A DNA stretch of 64,000 nucleotides from Candidatus Hermodarchaeota archaeon (GCA_016839805.1 JAEOTO010000031.1:1-64000); one strand, 5' to 3'; shown: positions 9,413-18,489, counted from the first letter of the stretch. The notes: a model not told the origin generated them from the sequence alone. Made by a program: numbers and translations.

Positions 9413-10465
9413 TTGATTCATCAATTGTATCACTTTCACAAAAGTGGACTTGTCCTAACCTCAGTGGGATTTGGTCCGATGACAGTGAATGTAAGTCCGG
9501 AACTCGTCTCAGGATTTCTCTCTGCATTACGAATGTTTGGACAGGATCTTTTAGCTGATGACGTTGCCTCAATTGAAACAGGTAACTATCAATTCGTTTG
9601 GGATTTTGCTGACCCGGTTCTTAGCGTGGCTTTAGCTGACCGTGAAGATGATGATGTTTCAATTATGGCGGTTTTGAAGACGCTCAATGCTTTGTTCATT
9701 GATCGTTTCCAAAAGGAATTACGTCGCTGGACAGGCGAGGTAGCACCCTATCGAACATTCAATCCTGTGGCTAGAGAAGTTGTGCAAGACTACCTACCCA
9801 CCTTCGAAAAACCTCAAGAAATGGCCGAACTTCGGCCTGCAATTATTCGTTTGTGGCGACGATTTGGCCCAGGTCTGGACATTCTCTTATATGGACTTCT
9901 TCGGGGAACACCAATTCTAGCGGTGGGTCGGAAATCGCGGAACCAATCAGTGATTCGAGCTCTCCAAACTTTGCGTCGTCGACGAATCCCAGTCATGTAC
10001 TTTGACGACGCGGGTGCCGCCCTTCAAGTTCTTCGCGATCGACCTGCCAATATGTCTTTTATCTTAAGTCTCCCGAATCGCGCTTATGAAGCCACCTTCG
10101 CTGATTCGGCAAAAATGGGGCTTACCTACATTTGTTTACTCGTCGAGGAACACATCGTCTTACCTGTTGGATTCGAGGCCAAAACACTAGGTATCGCGGC
10201 GAATTTGGGACATGCTGAAAACGTCCTTGGTGAGAGGGGTGCTGAACTCCGTTCAGTCGCAGAAACCGCCTTTTTAACTATACGGAATCGTACAGAGGAC
10301 GTGGCGCACCTGCTTGTCCATTCACCAGAATTACCAGACAAGGAAGCAGCAAGACTCTTACGACTCTCGAAAGATGATTATCAGATTTTTAAAGAACTCG
10401 CCCAAGAAGGGGGGTATATTCGTCGTGAAAAAAAACGAGTCGAACAAGAACAACGACAAACCTGA
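9413..10465 (+). CDS. Longin-like domain protein with DENN-like alpha/beta domain and C-terminal HTH-like region (probable start TTG 9413)
   Basis: HQLYHFHKSGLVL...ELVSGFLSALRMFG...SIETGNYQFVW...LNALFIDRF..L..WTGEV..Y..F resembles Asgard longin domains; TTTATA box upstream. Confidence 0.7.
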   Translation: MIHQLYHFHKSGLVLTSVGFGPMTVNVSPELVSGFLSALRMFGQDLLADDVASIETGNYQFVWDFADPVLSVALADREDDDVSIMAVLKTLNALFIDRFQKELRRWTGEVAPYRTFNPVAREVVQDYLPTFEKPQEMAELRPAIIRLWRRFGPGLDILLYGLLRGTPILAVGRKSRNQSVIRALQTLRRRRIPVMYFDDAGAALQVLRDRPANMSFILSLPNRAYEATFADSAKMGLTYICLLVEEHIVLPVGFEAKTLGIAANLGHAENVLGERGAELRSVAETAFLTIRNRTEDVAHLLVHSPELPDKEAARLLRLSKDDYQIFKELAQEGGYIRREKKRVEQEQRQT

Positions 10466-10958
10466 TGTCGAAGAACCCCCATATGAGATAATCCATGCCC
10501 TTCCCAAACACTATTTCGAACGGATGAATGCCGGGAGTGAATTGGCCAAGCAAGGTAATTTTGAGAAAGCCACTGAAGAGTTTAACGCTGCCCGTAAAGA
10601 AGTTGGGCAGATCCTACGTCAACTACTTGAATTGAAAAAGGATCCCATAGCCCAGATGTGGCAGTTCTTCGGAATCTTATGGGCCTTTAAACTCATAAAA
10701 GGCGTCTTCTACTGGCTTCTCGCACTGAGTGAGACAGCAGATACACCTGAAGACCAAAAGGGACTTCTCATGGCGGCGATGGGTGCTCAACAAATCGGAG
10801 CTGACATGATTCCAGCATTTGAAAATCTTCACCAAAGCTTCAAAGGAGTAGATCGTGATTTGCTGCCAATGCTTGGAGAAGCTATCCGTAATTTTGAATA
10901 CCGACAACAAATTTTGAAAAAAGCACTTGAACAGCAAGGCATGGACTTCAAATTCTAA
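10425..10958 (+). CDS. Hypothetical helical (TPR-like) protein (probable start GTG 10425)
   Basis: GAAGGGGGG RBS before GTG; GSELAKQGNFEKATEEFNAA is a TPR-like helix pair. Confidence 0.65.
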   Translation: MKKNESNKNNDKPDVEEPPYEIIHALPKHYFERMNAGSELAKQGNFEKATEEFNAARKEVGQILRQLLELKKDPIAQMWQFFGILWAFKLIKGVFYWLLALSETADTPEDQKGLLMAAMGAQQIGADMIPAFENLHQSFKGVDRDLLPMLGEAIRNFEYRQQILKKALEQQGMDFKF

Positions 10959-11215
10959 GAATACAATCAGCAATTCGATTCACATTGAAGGATTTTCTAA
11001 AAAATCTCGGCTAAAAAACATCTTTTGAAGTGAATCTCCAAGGAAAAAGCGGTTTATAGAGAAATGAGGCGATTTATATAGTTAGAGTGAAAAATGGAGC
11101 CGACCCAAACGTTTTAATAGTAGAAGGCGCCGAACCTCAATTTAACGGCGTTTCATCTCATCCTAGAATGGATTAAGACGTGACGTCGAGCTACTTGAAT
11201 TGGAGGATTCCAAAA

Positions 11216-11392
11216 GTGGCAGTAGATAAAATTGTCAAAAAACAAGTTGCCGCAAAAGCCCATAAAATGGGCTTCAACGTTTCTGGTGGCGCATACCAAG
11301 CATTAGATGATAAGGTTGAAGAACTTATTACTAGGGCAACCCACCGGGCTAAGGCCAACAAGCGTAAGACCTTAATGCCACACGACTTTTAG
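11216..11392 (+). CDS. Short archaeal histone-fold protein (truncated alpha3, DUF1931/face-to-face type)
   Basis: 58 aa from GTG 11216 with GGAGGA RBS; VSGGAYQALDDKVEELITRATHRAKANKRKTLMPHDF contains the RKTxxxxD histone motif and ends right after it. Confidence 0.9.
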   Translation: MAVDKIVKKQVAAKAHKMGFNVSGGAYQALDDKVEELITRATHRAKANKRKTLMPHDF

Positions 11393-11433
11393 ATTAAATA
11401 ACTGTTAGTTTATGTAAAAGTCTTGTCGGGTTC

Positions 11434-11485
11434 GGGCAATCTCGCCGGTGCGTATGTCGCGGGGGATTGTCCACTCCTCTTTTTT
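11434..11485 (+). terminator. Stem-loop plus T-tract downstream of histone gene
   Basis: GGGCAATCTC (11434-11443) pairs with GGGATTGTCC (11463-11472), followed by a CT/T-rich tract, between convergent genes. Confidence 0.5.
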
Positions 11486-11495
11486 CTCACACTCT

Positions 11496-12113
11496 TCAGC
11501 AACCGGGCTCTTCTACTACCGGAGTCCTAGACGAGGAAGAGGAACCCCGAAATCGCTTCCGGAATGCAGTCCCTATGTAATTTCGGAACAACACGTAAAT
11601 GGAGAGAAAAACACCGACAAACCCAATCGCAATAACTGCAAAGTAGAGAAAGGTACTCACAAGGCTCGGGAGATAATGTAGATCAAATGGAATCCCGAAG
11701 AGATGAATTGGAGTCATAATGGTTAGCGCGGAGAGGCAGGCAAGAGGCATCGTCACCACTGGTATCATTGCCACAACTAGTAAGAGTAGTGAAATAATGA
11801 ACCCGGTTACAATGAGTGGAATTATCACAGGATCAATAGGGATACTCGATAGCCCTGTTAAGAGTATGAAGCTGTCTGCCAGGTTAACGAGTATGGTTAA
11901 CATAACAGTGGCCATGCATGTACTTAAAATCCAGCTGAATAAATATCGCACCCAAGCCGCATAGCCTGTTTCAATTCCAAAGAGCGAGAGGAAGGAGTCA
12001 TTATAGGTGTGCGCCCTCCTAAAATGACGTTTATCGAATGTAACGAAGATGGAGCATACTGTGATGATGATTGTCGCTACAAGCAACCAGGTATATCGAA
12101 GAGCAAGGCTCAT
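11496..12113 (-). CDS. Hypothetical multi-pass membrane protein
   Basis: About 5 hydrophobic segments; no recognised motif. Confidence 0.7.
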   Translation of the reverse strand: MSLALRYTWLLVATIIITVCSIFVTFDKRHFRRAHTYNDSFLSLFGIETGYAAWVRYLFSWILSTCMATVMLTILVNLADSFILLTGLSSIPIDPVIIPLIVTGFIISLLLLVVAMIPVVTMPLACLSALTIMTPIHLFGIPFDLHYLPSLVSTFLYFAVIAIGFVGVFLSIYVLFRNYIGTAFRKRFRGSSSSSRTPVVEEPGC

Positions 12114-12290
12114 GATGGATCACATCAAAAGTATGGAATTCTGAGGGAGCAGGTTCGCTAAAAGTTTACGTGTAGTGATTCTTTTTTTATTTTCTCGGGA
12201 AAAATCGAAGGCAAGCTGAATTTATAAAGCGTTACGCTAATTATTGGTGTGGCGTTTTGCCTAGATATTGGGTTCCAGAGGTTATCGTCG

Positions 12291-12677
12291 ATGTCTTCAA
12301 CCTTGGATTCGTTGACTGCAATTCTTAAGAAGTTAAATGAAACTGGACGAGTAAAAGCAAGTATTGTGGCAACTGATGAAGGATTTGTAATTGCATCAGC
12401 TGTGCAACGAGGTGTAGATGAGAAGGTGGCAGCAGCGATGGGAAGTTTCGTTCATAACGCTGCGGATAGGGCAAAGGATGAACTTGCTTTAGGTGCTATT
12501 CGCGATATCACGATTCGTTGTGAAAAAGGGACTCTTGTTTGTAAATCCACTGAGTTACAAGATGGCCGTCCAGTAGTATTAGCAGCGTTGGTTTCCCGTG
12601 ATACTCGTTTCTTCTTACGTGCAGTTAATAATGCTCTTCGTGAAGTTAGAATTGCATTGAAGGAATTAGAAATTTGA
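12291..12677 (+). CDS. Roadblock/LC7 (MglB-like) domain protein (probable start ATG 12291)
   Basis: VKASIVATDEGFVIAS...DEKVAAAMGS...ELALGAIRDITIRCEKG. Confidence 0.9.
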   Translation: MSSTLDSLTAILKKLNETGRVKASIVATDEGFVIASAVQRGVDEKVAAAMGSFVHNAADRAKDELALGAIRDITIRCEKGTLVCKSTELQDGRPVVLAALVSRDTRFFLRAVNNALREVRIALKELEI

Positions 12678-12719
12678 AATCGGAGTAATTATTCTCTGAG
12701 GTGCGTTAGGCTGGATTGG

Positions 12720-13445
12720 ATGCTGAATGGAGAGCGGGTCCTCGCATCATTCCAGAACGGGAATAACCTCCGACAACTTCTAACCGCGACTTCAGGCGAA
12801 ACAATTTTGGAAACTAGACATCTCCCCGAAGCCCTTCGAGAATCAACCATCCTTCAGGCTCTAGAATCCGTTAATATGCTTAGGAGGGACTCGGAGAGTC
12901 AGTGGTCTTTTCCTGGATATGCGAAAGTACAAGTGGCGATTCGAGCACTCCAATTAGGTGAACCCCAACGACCGATTTTAAACGCGTTGACTTGGCAAGA
13001 ATTCGAGGAATTTGTAGTTAATGTTCTAACCTACCATGAGTATCAGGTGTTACATCGATTTCGCTTTTCGACACACCGGCGGTTTGAAATAGACATCATC
13101 GCAGGACATAAACCTAAACTCCTCTGCATCGACTGTAAACAATTCGGAGTTCGGTTAGGTAAAGCATCCGCACTACGTAGTGCCAGCGAGGAACAATTGG
13201 TTCGAACTCAAACTTTAGCAGATAATTTTGCCCGGTTTCAAACGGATCTTGGATGTTTGGATTGGCAACAACCACTGTTGATTCCGATGCTTGTGACAAT
13301 GTTGCAAGAAGACATTCAATTCCATGAACGAATTCCCATTGTGTCAGCTGCGCATTTGAACGCCTTTCTTTTAGAGTTCGAAAAACAATTGGATTCGTTA
13401 TGTTTTGTACGCCCGGGGTCAGGGCGCCAGCAACGGTTAGTTTAG
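12720..13445 (+). CDS. PD-(D/E)xK restriction endonuclease-like (Mrr/NERD-type) protein
   Basis: LTWQEFEEFV...EIDIIA....LLCIDCKQ. Confidence 0.8.
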   Translation: MLNGERVLASFQNGNNLRQLLTATSGETILETRHLPEALRESTILQALESVNMLRRDSESQWSFPGYAKVQVAIRALQLGEPQRPILNALTWQEFEEFVVNVLTYHEYQVLHRFRFSTHRRFEIDIIAGHKPKLLCIDCKQFGVRLGKASALRSASEEQLVRTQTLADNFARFQTDLGCLDWQQPLLIPMLVTMLQEDIQFHERIPIVSAAHLNAFLLEFEKQLDSLCFVRPGSGRQQRLV

Positions 13446-13774
13446 AAAAGTTTGGGTTGTCCACCATGCTTGGCTATCGCACAATTTAGAACCCAAAGAA
13501 AGTCCTCGAGTAATGTAAGCAGTTGATCAAGGTTTTGATGAGATTGAGGGGCCAACATTGAACCACTTTCGTTAATGATACTATGACCTTGTTGAGTGAG
13601 GAATCCATAGATTTGTTGTAAGTTATGAAAAAGAGTATTTAGCTCATCAATGCGTTCTTGAATAATCCGCTTCTCCCCAATTCCTCGACCAGGTCCCCGT
13701 CGTTGAAGAGATTGAATTATTTTATCTCGATCTAGTTTGAAACTACGCGAGTTGAGATCCTTTCTGTCGTTCAT
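13442..13774 (-). CDS. Small helical hypothetical protein (probable start ATG 13774)
   Basis: AGGAG RBS before ATG 13774; lies directly downstream of the large regulator. Confidence 0.65.
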   Translation of the reverse strand: MNDRKDLNSRSFKLDRDKIIQSLQRRGPGRGIGEKRIIQERIDELNTLFHNLQQIYGFLTQQGHSIINESGSMLAPQSHQNLDQLLTLLEDFLWVLNCAIAKHGGQPKLF

Positions 13775-13793
13775 TTTTTTTCTCCTGGGATCA

Positions 13794-15557
13794 TTATCTT
13801 CTATCTTGGTTGTTTTCATAGCCGTGAAGTTCACGATGTTGTGGTTCTACATAATCAAAAGCCGTTGGAAAGTATTCTCGATGCCATTCCCATTGATTTA
13901 ATTCAATATTATATTGGCAACGTTTGAGGACAGGTGTCAACATGAAATCCTTCGAACCATTGCCATAAAATACCGCTGCGTCGAATTCGTCTTGTTCTAA
14001 GAACAGACGGTCAAGTTCTCGTCCAACCTTAAGAGCTAGACCAGTTGGGAGACCAAAAGCGACAATACAACCAGGGGTTGGATGATTGAAAACAGAGCCT
14101 CCATACATAGGAGCCTCCTGGCAACCGACAAGGAAGTTGCGGACTGTGTATCCACTACCTTCGAGGATAATGAAAATCGATTCATTGAGTCCTAGATGAT
14201 ACATACTCAGATCGGGGCGTTCGAAAACCACTCCTTGGTCGAATATTTTTTTCTGGTGACGTCGTATTACATGGACGGATACTCCTAGTAGTTGAGCAAG
14301 GCTATCAGCAGTACTATCAGGGTGCATATGAGCCAGGAGCTGATAATCAATAGATTCGAGTTCTACTGGTTCAATATTGGATTCGCTATATTGATAGATA
14401 TTAGGTTGTGTGAGAACTTCGCCATACCCTTCACGGATGAGAATGTCGCGAAGATATCGAATCCAGGCCACCCATCGGAACCTTTCAGCAATGGGAATAG
14501 CTGAATCATGGGCTAAGTAACTGCGGAGATTATAACCATTAAAGACACCACTTAGAGGGTAGAAACGATATCGAAGTAGATGACCAAGCCCCACGAGTTC
14601 TTGAAGCCATCTCTGCAATCGACTGAGTCGGAGTCGTGGAAGAATATAACTGAGGAGATAAGGCGCACCTGCACCGCCAAAGCGGTGTATTTTCCGCAGG
14701 TAAGGGCATTGCTCTAAATAGCGATTAACTCGACTGCCTGGTGCGGGATAAGCGAGAATTGCTACATGATTAAGGCGGATACGAGGAAAATCGATGCGGT
14801 AGAATCGTGAAAGAAGGAGTTTCTCACGGAAACTTGTCACGTAATTACTTAGACTACCTATGGAGAGGGAAGATTGTTCCTGTAGTTGTTTGAGGGTTGC
14901 CATGGGGTTTTCTTGGATGAGGTGGAGGACATAGAGTTCTTGTTCATTTAAAGGAGAGGTATAGTTCAGCATAAAGGTTTCAATTAATTCAACATATTCA
15001 CGAGGGGCGAGGGGGGTAATTGCAGGTTCGAGTTCGTGTAGAATGGGGAGGACTCGACGGAGGAAGCTGCCTTGCGTAACACGATTGAAGAGGGGAAAAG
15101 TCATGGGAGCATTGTATACGATGTCTCCATAATACCGACGAGGTGAGACAACTTGCCAAAGTTTTAGGAATTGTTCATGTTCGGTTAGGGGTAAATGATG
15201 AAAAGCACAAAGCAGCCCAAGATCTCTACTCTCAGAAACTTCCCGAACCACCAATGGAAGTAGAATTGAATACATCTCTCGATAGAGTACACTGTCAAGA
15301 AGAAATGGTCGATTGAAAAGTTGAGTTGCTAATCGGAACTCAGTATTTTCATAAGTACCGCAGAAGGTAGGGTCGGTAAGTGTTTCATCATCAAAGAAGT
15401 GGATACGAGTTGGTAGAGGAGGCGTGCGGTCGGTCAACTCCTTGATGTCTGCTTGAATTGATTGCAAACGTTTTTTGACCATTTGCCGTTGGTGCCGGCG
15501 TTTATTCGCACTGGGTTTTTTTGTTTTAGTTTCTTGTGTACGCGCCGTAGTCGCCAA
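13794..15557 (-). CDS. Large transcriptional regulator with two winged-HTH/Lrp-like units
   Basis: HTH1 LHLIQENPMATLKQLQEQSSLSIGSLSNYVTSF and HTH2 DYQLLAHM...TADSLAQLLGVSVHVIRRHQKKI, each followed by a ferredoxin-like (RAM-type) beta/alpha pattern. Confidence 0.7.
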   Translation of the reverse strand: MATTARTQETKTKKPSANKRRHQRQMVKKRLQSIQADIKELTDRTPPLPTRIHFFDDETLTDPTFCGTYENTEFRLATQLFNRPFLLDSVLYREMYSILLPLVVREVSESRDLGLLCAFHHLPLTEHEQFLKLWQVVSPRRYYGDIVYNAPMTFPLFNRVTQGSFLRRVLPILHELEPAITPLAPREYVELIETFMLNYTSPLNEQELYVLHLIQENPMATLKQLQEQSSLSIGSLSNYVTSFREKLLLSRFYRIDFPRIRLNHVAILAYPAPGSRVNRYLEQCPYLRKIHRFGGAGAPYLLSYILPRLRLSRLQRWLQELVGLGHLLRYRFYPLSGVFNGYNLRSYLAHDSAIPIAERFRWVAWIRYLRDILIREGYGEVLTQPNIYQYSESNIEPVELESIDYQLLAHMHPDSTADSLAQLLGVSVHVIRRHQKKIFDQGVVFERPDLSMYHLGLNESIFIILEGSGYTVRNFLVGCQEAPMYGGSVFNHPTPGCIVAFGLPTGLALKVGRELDRLFLEQDEFDAAVFYGNGSKDFMLTPVLKRCQYNIELNQWEWHREYFPTAFDYVEPQHRELHGYENNQDRR

Positions 15558-15874
15558 GCCTAGATTCGCCCCCTACTCGGCGGTTGCCATTGAAAAACTT
15601 CAAGAGCCGTTGATGCGTATTTAAAGCCCACGATAGATATAGAAAAAACAGCTTCTTAACGCTAGAATAGTAAAAAAACACCGAATATTACTTTAAAACA
15701 GATTTAAACATATTATAGCTCTACAGACAGAAAACTAAGCCAAATAAATCGTTAAAAATTGATTTGATGATACTTATTTCAACCGTACTGTGATAATAAT
15801 TTCAGTCACTTAATAATTCTGAAAAATAATTTTGTCATTTCTAGTCAGACCCGGATTGAGGTCAAAGAGGTTGC

Positions 15875-16810
15875 TCATTGTATTCGTCGGGTTAGTGGGT
15901 GCACCTCGCATGTTCGGTTCTTACAGGCTGTACATTCTGAACTTTGATGGACCCAATAGCGATCGAAGCGATCGACGAATTGAGATACAAAATCAGGATT
16001 ATTTGTTGCAGTGGCTTGTTCGCCGATACCTGACAGCCCCTTTGCGGTGAAGTTCGCGCTGCCTTCGAGGACTTCTGTTTCGTCGATGATTAGAGCTTTG
16101 ATATGCATCTGAGCACAAACCAGAATTTCAATCGTGGATGAGTCCTGAAGTAGTTTCTCGACAGCTTCTTGGAAGTGCTTTGAGGTTGCACCAAAGGCTT
16201 CAGGTTCTCGGATGATGATTCTGACCGTTACCCCTTCTTTCGATTTAGCTACGAGACGGTCGATAAGATTTACTTCACAACTTTCGGTACCAACGGTGAT
16301 AGTTTTGACATCTGTTAGATTCTGCACCATGATACGGATGCTTTGACTTGTACACTCTAACATTTCGACCATCTTACACGCGATAGCAATGCCATTGAGT
16401 AACTGATGTTGAGTGGGTTCTACATCTCCCTCTTCTTGCACTACTTCGTTGTCAGCATTAGAGACCAGTGATTCAGGGGATGCTTCTTCACTGGCGGGGG
16501 CATGTAGCGGTTCGTCGCTTTCTAGAGTTGGGGGTTGTGAAGATGTGGGATAGAAACTGTCTAACGCCTCTACTAGATCAATTGGTAAACTTTCACCACG
16601 ACGGAGCACCTTAGTAATTTCCACAAGAATTCTTGCACGTTTGTATGCGATTTTATGGGCGGAGCCTGTAGAGTGTTTCGCAATTTCCTTGAAGGCTTCG
16701 GCGGCTTTGAGGGCAGCTTCGGAGGCGTTGTAAAAGTCGCCTTGACCCATGAATTTGCGAATCAAGAGTAAAGCTTCTCGTGCTACTCGACCGAGTCGCG
16801 TTGTATTCAC
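15875..16810 (-). CDS. Single-HKD phospholipase D/Nuc-family protein with N-terminal MIT-like domain and C-terminal Cys/His motif
   Basis: HIKALIID (HxKxxxxD) and GSANFT; three-helix N-terminus; acidic linker; CTACKNRTCEVH tail. Confidence 0.8.
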   Translation of the reverse strand: MNTTRLGRVAREALLLIRKFMGQGDFYNASEAALKAAEAFKEIAKHSTGSAHKIAYKRARILVEITKVLRRGESLPIDLVEALDSFYPTSSQPPTLESDEPLHAPASEEASPESLVSNADNEVVQEEGDVEPTQHQLLNGIAIACKMVEMLECTSQSIRIMVQNLTDVKTITVGTESCEVNLIDRLVAKSKEGVTVRIIIREPEAFGATSKHFQEAVEKLLQDSSTIEILVCAQMHIKALIIDETEVLEGSANFTAKGLSGIGEQATATNNPDFVSQFVDRFDRYWVHQSSECTACKNRTCEVHPLTRRIQ

Positions 16811-16890
16811 AAGTAACCCTCACAGGAACCTTCTAACTAGCCTGTTCAACATTGGTATTAGAAGTTATGGACTCAAGAGTCCAGGCAGAT

Positions 16891-18483
16891 TCAAGGTTGG
16901 GGAGAATTGGTTGGACTTGATATTGTGAAATATTGTGCGTATTCAGCAAGTGCGGACTCCCCCTTTGGAGTAATGGTAAATACTGTGCGCCGATAGGGGC
17001 GCTTTCCCATTTCATGAGATTGGATATATCGGTGTGAGATGAGGGTTTCTAGGAGGTAGACAACTAAATCATCAGCATATCCGCTAGTTTGCGAAAGAGC
17101 AGTAGGAGTTAGTTGGTATTCACGTAAGAGCCCAAGAATGCGAACGGCTTCTTCTAAATAGTTCGTGAAATCTTTGTGGAGCATTGTGGGAGAAGGCAGA
17201 ATTTCAGGAGGTTGACTTGGGAGCTGAACCGTGAATGGATCGTAGTCAATTCCAAGGGGCCGGGGGGGCAGAGCAGTGATGCGAACAGGAATTGCCGTTT
17301 GTAGATCGGGACGTGTCATTAGAGCTGTTCCGGGTTCTAAGGTACGTAGCAATTCTCGTTGATGATGACTTTCACGTTTTGTTGAGTAAGGACTGGTGCG
17401 AATTCCAGAAAGTTTGAGTGGAACCTGGATGGCATCGATATCTCGTTTGAGTTTCAGTTGATGGACGATGAGGGTGCCAAATAGTCCCAGGGTTTCAGGG
17501 TAAAGCTGAGCTGGATGGTTTCCACTGAGATGAAGTGCGATATCGGATTGGGATAAGCGGTGTTGCCAATGACGAATATCTTTGATGCCTTCTATTTCTT
17601 TTTGGTATGTGCCTGAGGAATTGAATAGATACAAGTCGGCGTCATCGATGAGAAGGATAAGGGGGGGAATAAGGGTGCTTGGTTTGTGTTCTAGCCGCAA
17701 GGCACAAGCTTTTGCCAGAATTAAGTTAATCAGGAAGGTGTGGATTTGTCGATTTGATATAGGGCATTCGATAACTGTGATGCCACTGGAGATGAGCTGG
17801 GCAAATTGTGGGTGTGAATTCCCAGTAAAACAGGCCCCAGCAAGACCAGAAGTTAATGAGGAAAACAGCCGTTCAAGAAATTGAGCGTCGCGGCGTTCAC
17901 TAAAGTCAGAAAATTCACCTCGAGCTTGATAGGCACGAATTTCGTCAAGCAGATCTAACAATGTGGGTGGGGAATGAATTGAATAGATGTTTGCAAGTAA
18001 TCTTTGGAGAAGTAACCACTGTTTATCAGATAAAGCAAAAGGGTGTAAGGCGGCAATCAGCAGATCCGTATAAGAATTAATTTCATCAAGGTTTTCAGTA
18101 TCTAAGGGATTGATGCGAAGATTATGACCTAGTTTGTAGATTCGACATTCGGGTGTATATTGTACCAGGTTCCGATAGGTAGATCTTGTGGTAATAATAA
18201 TGTAAGCAAAAGCCCGACGTGATGCTTCGAGGGCTATACGTTGATTAGTTTGGATTCGAGATTTGGTCTGACCGAGAGTAAGAAGACCAGCAGAAAGGTC
18301 GTCGAAGCGGAGACCAACCCGAGTTTCTGATTGCATGGTTTCTGTTTCATAAGTATACCCAAGGAAGAGATCCGATTCTAAGTTTTCAGGAACTATGAAT
18401 TCAGCAGGGATTGAACTGCCCAGACCCTTAGCAAGTAATGGCGGAATCCGCAGGAAGAGGCGAACAGATTCCGCCCCGGTCAG
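16891..18483 (-). CDS. VirB4/HerA (DUF87)-like P-loop domain plus C-terminal winged helix; probable -1 frame part of a frameshifted gene (first ATG 18336)
   Basis: LRINPLD, Walker-B-like LLIDDAD, PAQL...LIVHQL, LEPGTALM; wHTH ending FTITPKG. The frame is open for 49 codons upstream of ATG 18336, back to the slippery site. Confidence 0.75.
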   Translation of the reverse strand: MTGAESVRLFLRIPPLLAKGLGSSIPAEFIVPENLESDLFLGYTYETETMQSETRVGLRFDDLSAGLLTLGQTKSRIQTNQRIALEASRRAFAYIIITTRSTYRNLVQYTPECRIYKLGHNLRINPLDTENLDEINSYTDLLIAALHPFALSDKQWLLLQRLLANIYSIHSPPTLLDLLDEIRAYQARGEFSDFSERRDAQFLERLFSSLTSGLAGACFTGNSHPQFAQLISSGITVIECPISNRQIHTFLINLILAKACALRLEHKPSTLIPPLILLIDDADLYLFNSSGTYQKEIEGIKDIRHWQHRLSQSDIALHLSGNHPAQLYPETLGLFGTLIVHQLKLKRDIDAIQVPLKLSGIRTSPYSTKRESHHQRELLRTLEPGTALMTRPDLQTAIPVRITALPPRPLGIDYDPFTVQLPSQPPEILPSPTMLHKDFTNYLEEAVRILGLLREYQLTPTALSQTSGYADDLVVYLLETLISHRYIQSHEMGKRPYRRTVFTITPKGESALAEYAQYFTISSPTNSPQP

Positions 18484-18489
18484 AAAAAA
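18440..18489 (-). other. Putative programmed -1 ribosomal frameshift signal
   Basis: In-frame T TTT TTC heptamer (18489-18483) directly before TGA, 7-nt spacer, then an 11-bp stem GGCGGAATCTG/CGGATTCCGCC (18475-18465 with 18450-18440). Confidence 0.8.

Noticed and set aside
10421-10440. A8 run in the overlap of the longin gene and the next ORF as a frameshift site
   Set aside because: The downstream ORF is in the +1 frame, has its own RBS and GTG start, and no stimulatory stem is evident
15558-15590. In-frame ATG GCA ACC GCC GAG TAG upstream of the large regulator, suggesting amber (pyrrolysine) readthrough
   Set aside because: It would add only 11 codons, the TAG lies in the purine-rich RBS of the TTG start, and no pyl genes are in the window
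15558-15874. AT-rich gap as a replication origin
   Set aside because: No ORB-like repeats and no adjacent cdc6/orc1 gene
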